From assembly GCF_000020225.1 (NCBI RefSeq), contig NC_010655.1, positions 1,020,001 to 1,052,000 on the forward strand: a DNA stretch of 32,000 nucleotides. The letters are read 5' to 3'. Shown piece after piece: positions 1 to 7,306 of this stretch. The notes under the pieces were generated by a model, which ran no database searches, was not told the origin of the DNA, and worked only from the letters and a program-made list of their open reading frames with translations. The position numbers were made by a program, and so were the translations under genes. The DNA is from Akkermansia muciniphila ATCC BAA-835. GTDB taxonomy: Bacteria; Verrucomicrobiota; Verrucomicrobiia; Verrucomicrobiales; Akkermansiaceae. The first letter of the stretch is position 1. Each line of letters starts with the position of its first letter.

Positions 1-438
1 CGGCTTGGTTTTGAACTCCAGCCATGTGACATGACGGAGGAGGACATGGTTTTTTCCAAACGGGCTCTGGCGGAATACAAGCGCATCCGCCCCGTAGTCC
101 AGTTCGGTGACTTGTACCGGCTTTCCTCCCCGTATGAAAGCCGGGTGGCCTCCCTGATGTATGTATGCGGAAAACGGGCTGTCGTTTTCGCCTGGCTGAT
201 GGATAAATGGCTGGCGGATTCCCCTCCGCCCCTGCGCCTGAAAGGCCTGAATTTTTCCGCTAGGTACTTGGTGCGGGAAATCAACATGAATGAAGACGGC
301 TCTCTCACGGATGTTCACGAACGAAGGCTGGGAGGCGACTTTCTGATGGACGCCGGCATCCGCATCCGCTGGAAAAAGGCCTTCCAGTCCGTCTGCCTGG
401 AGGTGGTGGAAACAAACCCTGATGCTCCGGCTTCATGA
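1..438 (+). CDS. C-terminal end of a GH36-type alpha-galactosidase (5' partial, continues upstream of the window)
   Basis: Frame 1 is open from base 1 to the TGA at 436-438. The tail (..YKRIRPVVQFGDLYRLSSPYE..LRLKGLNFSARY..) resembles the C-terminal beta-sandwich of GH36 alpha-galactosidases. Confidence 0.65.
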   Translation, partial: RLGFELQPCDMTEEDMVFSKRALAEYKRIRPVVQFGDLYRLSSPYESRVASLMYVCGKRAVVFAWLMDKWLADSPPPLRLKGLNFSARYLVREINMNEDGSLTDVHERRLGGDFLMDAGIRIRWKKAFQSVCLEVVETNPDAPAS

Positions 439-691
439 TAAAAAGCTGTAGACTTTCCGCCAGCAGCCTGATGTTCTTTTTTCATAGTGGGAACCGGCGT
501 TTGGCGCAGGTTTCATCCCCGCTTTGTTAATATTGTGAGTTATGCGGCCAACTTGCCATTCTGACGCCGCTTCTTCATAAGGGGTAGATGGCAGGTGTAA
601 ACGGTACGCCCGTGACGGAATGCATGATCCCTTTCCGGCTTTTCAGCTGAACCGGATATTGGGGCAGTTGCGTTAAGGGGGCACTAACATG

Positions 692-730
692 AAGGCGGCA
701 ATAAAAGAATTATTGCCGCCTTTATTCTTT
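692..730 (+). terminator. Rho-independent terminator (13-bp stem, 5-nt loop, T-rich tail on the + strand)
   Basis: AAGGCGGCAATAA (692-704) pairs perfectly with TTATTGCCGCCTT (710-722) and is followed by TTTATTCTTT. On the minus strand the stem is not followed by a T-run. Confidence 0.6.
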
Positions 731-759
731 ATTGAGTTCCTGTGGATTTGCTGGCAGTC

Positions 760-2373
760 CTAGATGCCCACCACGCCGCCGATGGTCTGGATGATGACCT
801 TGGCAATGATGGTCATCAGGATAAGGGCCACGGGGTAGGCGGTGGCGTAGCTGACCACGGGAGCCTGGGAGTCCGTTTTGCTGGCGATGGCCCCCAGAGC
901 CGGGGTGGAGGTCATGCCGCCGCAGATGCCGCCCAGGCATTCCAGAATGTTCATCTTGAAGACCTTCATGCCCACGAAGTAACCGGCAAACATGCCGGAG
1001 CAGGTGACGATAACGCCCATGATGAAGACGGCCGCGCCGTGGGTGGCTACCGTATCCACCAGGTCCGCTCCGCCCTTGATGCCGGCGTCAGCCAGGAAGA
1101 AGACCAGCCCCAGGTCCTGTAAAAGAAGGCGCGTGGGGCGCGGGATGTAGCCGACGATGGGGCCCAGCCGTCCGAAGTGGCCGAGCAGCAGGGCGACGAT
1201 GAGGGGGCCTCCCGCAATACCCAGGGAGATTCCCGCGCCGTTGCCGAGGCTGAAGTTGACCAGGCCAAGAATGATGCCCAGGGAGAGGCCGAAGCCCAGG
1301 GAAAGCAGGTCCGTCTGGTTCATGTCCTGGCTGCGGTGGCCGATTTTGTCCCCGTATTTGGTAAGGTTTTCCGGGGTCCCCACCACGGTCAGCACGTCGT
1401 TGCGTTCCAGCGTGGTTTCCCCCGTGGGGACGAAAGTGAAGCCCAGGCGGGAAATGCGGGAGATAATGATACCGTCCGTACGCAGGGTTTTCAGGTCGCG
1501 GAGCTTGTGCCCGGCATAGTTCTTGTTTGTCAGAATCAGTTTGCGGCGCTCCTTCTGGGAGTCCATGGGGTAGGGATTGTCACATACTTCCCCCAGAAAG
1601 GCGATGTCGTGGGGCATGGTGTCGCTGTTGCCCACGATGAGGACTTCCGTTCCTTCCCGGAACGTGTCTTCCGGAGTCAGAGGCATCAGCCTGTCGTTGC
1701 GAACCACGCGGGTGACCATGCAGTGCAGGCCGTCCAGCAGCTTGCAGTCCGCAATGTTCTGGCCTATCAGGTTGGGCTGTGTGACGCGGACAAGGCGGGA
1801 AATGATGCTGACCTCCTGTCTGGAATGCATGGCTTTGGCCTCTTTGTTGAGGTCAAAGTGCAGCAGGCGCGGCAGAAGCTGGACGAAAAGGACCACGCCC
1901 ACCACGCCGAACGGATAGGCGATGCCGTAACCGATGCTGACGCCGCTTCCGGAGGCTCCCGGCAGGCTTTCCGTGGCGGCCGCCAGCGCCGGGGTGCTGG
2001 TGCATGCGCCGGCAAAGATGCCGGAAGAGATTCCCGCGGGAACTTTGAACCAGATGCCGAAGAGGCAGGTGAATAAAGCTGACACTCCTACAATCACCGC
2101 AGACATGATGGCCAGTTTGCTGCCCTGCTTGGCGATGGCGGAAAAGAAGCGGTTGCCCGCGCTGAGGCCCACGCAGTACACAAAGAGCGCCAGACCCAGC
2201 TGCCCTACGCCGTCGGGAATGGCCAGGCGGTAGTGGCCGGCGGCCAGAGCCACGAAAAGAACGCCGGAAAGGCCCAGGTTCAGTCCGTATATTTTAATGC
2301 TGCCGAGAGCGATGCCGAAAAATATGATTCCGAAAAGAACCAGGGTACTGTGATGGAGCAGGATATCAAACAT
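760..2373 (-). CDS. AAE-family (YidE/YbjL-type) anion transporter with two central RCK_C/TrkA-C domains
   Basis: 537-aa ORF with duplicated hydrophobic halves flanking two soluble repeats (..HCMVTRVVRNDRLMPLTPEDTFREGTEVLIVG.. and ..IIISRISRLGFTFVPTGETTLERNDVLTVVG..). This is the typical YidE/YbjL/AspT architecture. Confidence 0.85.
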   Translation of the reverse strand: MFDILLHHSTLVLFGIIFFGIALGSIKIYGLNLGLSGVLFVALAAGHYRLAIPDGVGQLGLALFVYCVGLSAGNRFFSAIAKQGSKLAIMSAVIVGVSALFTCLFGIWFKVPAGISSGIFAGACTSTPALAAATESLPGASGSGVSIGYGIAYPFGVVGVVLFVQLLPRLLHFDLNKEAKAMHSRQEVSIISRLVRVTQPNLIGQNIADCKLLDGLHCMVTRVVRNDRLMPLTPEDTFREGTEVLIVGNSDTMPHDIAFLGEVCDNPYPMDSQKERRKLILTNKNYAGHKLRDLKTLRTDGIIISRISRLGFTFVPTGETTLERNDVLTVVGTPENLTKYGDKIGHRSQDMNQTDLLSLGFGLSLGIILGLVNFSLGNGAGISLGIAGGPLIVALLLGHFGRLGPIVGYIPRPTRLLLQDLGLVFFLADAGIKGGADLVDTVATHGAAVFIMGVIVTCSGMFAGYFVGMKVFKMNILECLGGICGGMTSTPALGAIASKTDSQAPVVSYATAYPVALILMTIIAKVIIQTIGGVVGI

Positions 2374-2487
2374 AAAGGCGGTTAGCGGTTTTGTTCCCTT
2401 CCTTGACGAAGGGAGGGGGAATGCCCGTCAGGATGAGAATGCGTGCGTTGAAAAAGTAGAGGGTGCGGCGTATGCCTTCCAGCCCCG

Positions 2488-2967
2488 TCAGTTTCTCCGC
2501 AGGTAATCCAGCAGAGTGGCCTGGTCCAGGCAGGACATATAGGGCATGTGGTCGATGCCCTTGTCCATGATGAACCTGGTCAGCAGTTTGCGGGCGGTCG
2601 CAAGGAGAACGGCGGGATCCCAGGGTTTTTCCAGATAGTTGTCAATGTGTGCGTCATTGACGGCCTGGATGGTGTCCGCGTGGGTGGCCTGGCCGGTCAG
2701 CAGGATTTTGCGTGTCCCGGCAAAACGGTCGTCTTTGGCGATGCCTCCAAGCAATTCTACTCCTGAACCTCCCGGCATGACGTGGTCGGAAATAATCAGT
2801 CCCGTCAGTTCTCCGTCCTGGTCGAATTCTTCCAATAGCTCGCGGCATTCGGATGCGGATTCCACCCCTTCCAGGCGGAAGCAGGAATTCAGCGGACGAA
2901 GGTCGCGCAAAACGCTGTCCAGGACTTCCGGCTGGTCGTCCACGCAAATGATGTTAATTTTTTCCAT
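2488..2967 (-). CDS. Stand-alone response regulator (REC domain only, no output domain)
   Basis: CVDDQ acidic pocket, ISDHVMPG phospho-acceptor Asp, LLTG, and EKPWD lysine motif. 159 aa. The start overlaps the stop of the upstream kinase by 14 nt. Confidence 0.85.
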   Translation of the reverse strand: MEKINIICVDDQPEVLDSVLRDLRPLNSCFRLEGVESASECRELLEEFDQDGELTGLIISDHVMPGGSGVELLGGIAKDDRFAGTRKILLTGQATHADTIQAVNDAHIDNYLEKPWDPAVLLATARKLLTRFIMDKGIDHMPYMSCLDQATLLDYLRRN

Positions 2968-4438
2968 GATTGTTGATGGTTGGTATGACTATCGTAAAAA
3001 CGGTATGGCCCGGAACGCTCTCCAGGCGGATGCGGCCGCCGTAGCTGTCCACAATGCGCCGGACGATGGTGAGCCCCAGCCCCAGGCCGAAGGAAAGACC
3101 TTTCTTTTTGGTAGTGAAGTTGGGACGGAAAATTTTTTCATGCAGGTCCTTTGGGACGCCGGGGCCATTGTCTGTGACGGAGACCAGAATTTCACGGGTG
3201 GTATGGGATGTCTGGTCCTTGCTGCTGATTTTTTCCACCCGGCATTCTACGTGGATGGAAGGGTTGGGGGTATTTTCTATTTTCAGCGCGTCGCAGGCGT
3301 TTTGAAGCAGGTTGATCCAAATTTGAACGAGCTCCGTCATATCTGCGAAGATGCCGGGCACGGAGTCTCTGGGAGGCAGGACCATTTCAAAATCAACGCC
3401 TCGCAGACTGGACTTGACCAGAGCAACAGCTTCCGTAAGGGAGTCCGTCACGTTTACGCCTTCTTCCCGTCTGGTGTTGCCTCCTCCCAGCAGGCGAACG
3501 GAACGGACAATGGCTGTAGCATGCCTGACAGCCAGTTTCATATCGTGCAGGTCGTGTCCCAATTCCCAATAAGGGAGGTTTTGTTCCAGCTGGCTGAGGA
3601 ATGGCTTGTTCAGCAGCTCCGGCTGATTCTGTATGTCCGGAATCAGGGCCAGGGCCTTGGCCACGTCCTGGGAAAGCCCGTAATTTTTTTCAAACTGGCG
3701 CGCCAGCCTGCGCTGTTCGGAAGTGGATGAGGAGGAAGCCCCTTCCAACCCTTTGTTGTACAGGGTGTAGCGGAAGGCGTTTTCCTGGCGGAACATGTTG
3801 TCCAGGGTTTCCAGAACAAAGTCTGTTTTACGGGACAGGACTCCCAGGGAATTGTTGAGCTCATGGGCTATTCCAGCGGATAATTGCCCCAGGGTGGCGG
3901 CCATTTCAGAACGGTGGAGCATCCGCAGCGCTTCTTCCTTTTCCGCAGTGCGGTCAAAGACGCGGGTATTGCGCGCCGCCAGTTCATGGACAATGGCGGG
4001 AACAAACTGTTCCAGGAGCGTGCCGTAGTGTTCCACGTCCACGGCAGGGGTGGCGGTGTCGATATAGGCCAGTTCCAAATCAGTTTCCGCAATGAGATCG
4101 GAGGAGCTGCGGAACCATCCGGAAAAGAAACTCTGCACTCCCAAATAGTCTCCGGGACCGGCCCGGAACGCCTTGTAGATTTTGTGGGAAGTGGAAGCTG
4201 TTTCCGGGTCTTCTTTAACGACGTGGCGGTAGGAAACCACGCTGCCGGATAAAATCAGGTAAAGCCTTTTGTTCTGTTCCCCCTGGCGGACGACGCTGTT
4301 TCCCCTGCTGATGGTAATAATGCGGTCCGGATCGGAGAAGTACGCCAGATTGATGCGTTTTAGTTTTTTCTGGAATTCTTCCTGTTCAATGATCATAGGG
4401 CGCTTTTCCCGTTGATGTTGGCCATGCCGGGGCAACAT
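2954..4438 (-). CDS. Cytoplasmic sensor histidine kinase with an N-terminal cyclic-nucleotide-binding-like domain
   Basis: No TM segments. cNMP-like beta-barrel (..RGNSVVRQGEQNKRLYLILSGSV..GDYLGVQSFF..RSSS..). H-box GIAHELNNSLGVL, N-box LLQNACDAL, G1 DNGPGV, G2 GLGLGL. An alternative start MIIEQEEF lies at 4396. Confidence 0.85.
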   Translation of the reverse strand: MLPRHGQHQREKRPMIIEQEEFQKKLKRINLAYFSDPDRIITISRGNSVVRQGEQNKRLYLILSGSVVSYRHVVKEDPETASTSHKIYKAFRAGPGDYLGVQSFFSGWFRSSSDLIAETDLELAYIDTATPAVDVEHYGTLLEQFVPAIVHELAARNTRVFDRTAEKEEALRMLHRSEMAATLGQLSAGIAHELNNSLGVLSRKTDFVLETLDNMFRQENAFRYTLYNKGLEGASSSSTSEQRRLARQFEKNYGLSQDVAKALALIPDIQNQPELLNKPFLSQLEQNLPYWELGHDLHDMKLAVRHATAIVRSVRLLGGGNTRREEGVNVTDSLTEAVALVKSSLRGVDFEMVLPPRDSVPGIFADMTELVQIWINLLQNACDALKIENTPNPSIHVECRVEKISSKDQTSHTTREILVSVTDNGPGVPKDLHEKIFRPNFTTKKKGLSFGLGLGLTIVRRIVDSYGGRIRLESVPGHTVFTIVIPTINNHGKN

Positions 4439-4463
4439 GTCCCGGCATGGAACATTACCTTAC

Positions 4464-6203
4464 TTAAAAAGCATGGCATTGGGCAAGAATCATCATCATG
4501 ACGTAGGTTAAAATCATGCCCAGGATGCCCAGGATGACGCCGGAAATGGCCATTCCCTTGGAGCTGACCAGGCCGGTGGCATAGGCCAGGGCGTTGGGGG
4601 GGGTGCTGATGGGAAGGCTCATGCCCAGGGAGGAGGCGAAGGCCACGGACACCAGCAGGGCGGTAACGCCGCCCAGGGGGGCCAGGTTGTCACCCATGTT
4701 GACGCCGACAACGGCGATAATCGGGATGAGCAGGGAGGCCGTAGCCGTATGGCTCATGAAGGTGGCCATGAACAGGCAGATGATTCCCGTACCCACCATG
4801 AGCGGGAAGGGGGACCATTGGGCAAAGGGAATGGAGCCGATCAGGTTTTTTGCCAGTCCGGTGTCTTGCAGGGCCAGCCCCAGGGCAAAGCCGCCGGCTA
4901 CCAGCCAGAGCACGTCCCAGCCCATTTTCTTCAAGTCTTCCTTGGTGATGGTTTCCGTAATGGCAAAGACGGCGATGGGAATCATGGCGATGGTATTGGA
5001 GTCCAGCCCGTGTACTCCCTTGCCCGTTACCCACAGCAGGACGGTAACGGCAAAGGTGACGTAAACGATAATGGCCTTGGGGGTTCTCAGGAATTTCCCT
5101 CCCACCTGAAGTTCCAGTTTCTTTTGAGAGATGGGGAACAGCCACAGCAGGAGAAGCCACGCAATCAGAATCATGACGATGACGAAAGGAATGCCGAACA
5201 TGAGCCATTTGCCGAAGGAGACGTCCAGCCCCATACCCTGCAGCGCCTTCAGCGCGATTGCGTTGGGGGGCGTGCCGATAGGCGTTCCAATGCCGCCGAG
5301 GTTGGCGGCGATGGGGATGGCCAGGGCAAAGGCGGCGCGGCCTTTGTCTTCCGGAGTGAACAGGGCCAGCACCGGCGTCAGGATGGCGAGCATCATGGCG
5401 GCCGTAGCCGTATTGCTCATAAACATGGAGAAAAGAGCCGTTACGGACATCAGCCCCAGAAGTACGAATTTGGGATTGGTGCCGAAGGGTTTTAAAAGTA
5501 CTTTGGCCAGGTTCATGTCCAGCCTGTATTTGGTTGCGGCCGCAGCTAGGAAAAAGCCGCCCAGGAAAAGCATGATGATGGGATCCGCGAAGGTGGCCAT
5601 CGTGGATTTTTGCTGCATGGTGTTGACAAATTGCAGCCCCTGGATGCGCGCGGTTATTTCCTTGCTGTACAGGCGCCCGGCCGCGGTCTTGAGCTGGGCG
5701 GCTATGGATTCCTGCCCGGCGGCTTCTTCCGTTTTTCCTTCACGGGACAGTTCCTGTGCGTTCAAGTCTATTTTTTCATAAGCGTCCATGAGCTGGAACC
5801 CCAGGGTCATCCTCACTTCTTCCGCGTCCAGCTTGGTTTTCTTATTTAACCGGTTTTCGACATTTTCCTTCAATTTGCCGACTATCTCCGGATTGATCCC
5901 TTTGCCTATGGCGTCATCCAGAATGGAGGATACCGCCGCCTTGTCATAGCGCTCCGGCATCAAGAATGAGAGAGAGCCGTTGGAGACGCACAGCAGGGAC
6001 AGGGTAATGACCATCACGGAGGTGGTCCAGATAGGGATGGGTTCCAAAATCCAGAAGAGCGCCGCCATGACAAACATGGCGATGACGCGGATTTCAATAG
6101 GGCTTAATTGGATTCCCCATGAAGCGAAAGGCAGGAAGAAGACGACTCCTGCGGCGGCCAGGCTGATAGCTGCCTTGAGCAGCTTGTTTTGGGTTTCACT
6201 CAT
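4464..6203 (-). CDS. SLC13/DASS-family (sodium:sulfate or di/tricarboxylate) symporter with a roughly 110-aa hydrophilic insert
   Basis: 579-aa polytopic membrane protein with duplicated hairpin motifs (..FMSNTATAAMM.. and ..FMSHTATASLL..) typical of the CitT/SLC13 divalent anion:Na+ symporter fold. A charged helical insert lies after the first TM bundle. Confidence 0.8.
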   Translation of the reverse strand: MSETQNKLLKAAISLAAAGVVFFLPFASWGIQLSPIEIRVIAMFVMAALFWILEPIPIWTTSVMVITLSLLCVSNGSLSFLMPERYDKAAVSSILDDAIGKGINPEIVGKLKENVENRLNKKTKLDAEEVRMTLGFQLMDAYEKIDLNAQELSREGKTEEAAGQESIAAQLKTAAGRLYSKEITARIQGLQFVNTMQQKSTMATFADPIIMLFLGGFFLAAAATKYRLDMNLAKVLLKPFGTNPKFVLLGLMSVTALFSMFMSNTATAAMMLAILTPVLALFTPEDKGRAAFALAIPIAANLGGIGTPIGTPPNAIALKALQGMGLDVSFGKWLMFGIPFVIVMILIAWLLLLWLFPISQKKLELQVGGKFLRTPKAIIVYVTFAVTVLLWVTGKGVHGLDSNTIAMIPIAVFAITETITKEDLKKMGWDVLWLVAGGFALGLALQDTGLAKNLIGSIPFAQWSPFPLMVGTGIICLFMATFMSHTATASLLIPIIAVVGVNMGDNLAPLGGVTALLVSVAFASSLGMSLPISTPPNALAYATGLVSSKGMAISGVILGILGMILTYVMMMILAQCHAF

Positions 6204-6281
6204 GAATAATAGCTGGTAATATGGTTGGCGGGCGGAAGGGTACTTCCCGATTTTACAAATAGAAACTTTTATTTAAAAAAA

Positions 6282-7034
6282 TTATGTCAGAGGGGACGGC
6301 TGCCGTTTCCCGGAGCTGGAGCCGGGAGCTTTCTCCGTGATGGGAAAATTGCGCAACCCTATGGGGATATGCGTGTTTAGCAGAGATAAGTCAATCATCC
6401 GTTCGGGAGCGCCGATTTGGCCGAGTGTTTCCTCTGTATTAAAAAAATTCTGAAGGTAGTAGGTTCCTCTATAGCCGCGCGACGTCAAATCCCCGCTGAT
6501 CTGGTTGATTTCCTTTTCCCCGAGAAGGCCGGAGTGGATTGTCGTTCGAACCTCAAACGGGAAATTTCTGTTGATCAGATAATCCAGCGTTTGAGTGAAG
6601 CAGGGGAATAAGTCCGGACGCCCGGTAATGGAGCCGAACAGTTTTTCCGGCGCTTTGTAATCCAGGGCAATATAATCGCAAAGCCCTTCCTCCACCAGCG
6701 TTTTCACCACGCCGGGCCGGGTGCCGTTGGTGTCTATTTTGACTGCGAAGCCAAGCTGCCGTATATTGCGGCAGATAGGGATAAGGTCGGGACACAGCGT
6801 GCACTCGCCTCCGGACAGAACCACCCCATCCAGAAATCCCACCCGATCTCTGAGAAAATCAAGATAGTCCGTCCGGTCTCCGGCAGGAGAATCCGTTCCC
6901 CTGACCAGGGAGACGTTGTAACAGTACTGACAAAACAAATTACAGCCTCTCAGCCAGAAGATGCAGGCCACCTTATTTGGAAAATCCAGCAAGGTGAGCG
7001 GCGTGATGTCTGCTATGCCCCGACCCGTTCCCAT
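6282..7034 (-). CDS. nrdG: Anaerobic ribonucleoside-triphosphate reductase activating protein (radical SAM)
   Basis: CNLFCQYCYN is the CX3CX2C radical-SAM cluster motif, GGECTL is also present, and the gene lies immediately downstream of nrdD. Confidence 0.85.
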   Translation of the reverse strand: MGTGRGIADITPLTLLDFPNKVACIFWLRGCNLFCQYCYNVSLVRGTDSPAGDRTDYLDFLRDRVGFLDGVVLSGGECTLCPDLIPICRNIRQLGFAVKIDTNGTRPGVVKTLVEEGLCDYIALDYKAPEKLFGSITGRPDLFPCFTQTLDYLINRNFPFEVRTTIHSGLLGEKEINQISGDLTSRGYRGTYYLQNFFNTEETLGQIGAPERMIDLSLLNTHIPIGLRNFPITEKAPGSSSGKRQPSPLT

Positions 7035-7060
7035 CGACTTCGCATATGTTGTTGGGAGAA

Positions 7061-7255
7061 TTATCGCGGCTGTTCCGTTTGGGCGGAGCAGGAGCAGGGG
7101 CGGCCCGGTTCCACGAAGTGGACGCGGTCATGGAACTCGCCCTGTTTGCCGGCGTTGAAAGTTTCTACAGGGCGGTGATAGCCCATGACGCGCGTGTAAA
7201 CGGTGCAGCGGGTCCGGTCCTGTGCGTATTTGCTTAATATTTCCTGTTTGGTCAT
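7061..7255 (-). CDS. Free-standing glycyl-radical domain of class III RNR (NrdD C-terminal module as a separate 64-aa ORF)
   Basis: TVYTRVMGYHRPVETFNAGKQGEFHDRVHF matches the conserved NrdD C-terminus (RVxGY radical glycine, then WN/FNxGKxxEfxxR). The ORF is in the same frame as nrdD, separated by TAA plus 17 sense codons. Confidence 0.7.
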   Translation of the reverse strand: MTKQEILSKYAQDRTRCTVYTRVMGYHRPVETFNAGKQGEFHDRVHFVEPGRPCSCSAQTEQPR

Positions 7256-7306
7256 TGTCGTATTAATGGTTGGGTTTGAAGTCGGGAGCCTATTGGAAAA
7301 GGGATT

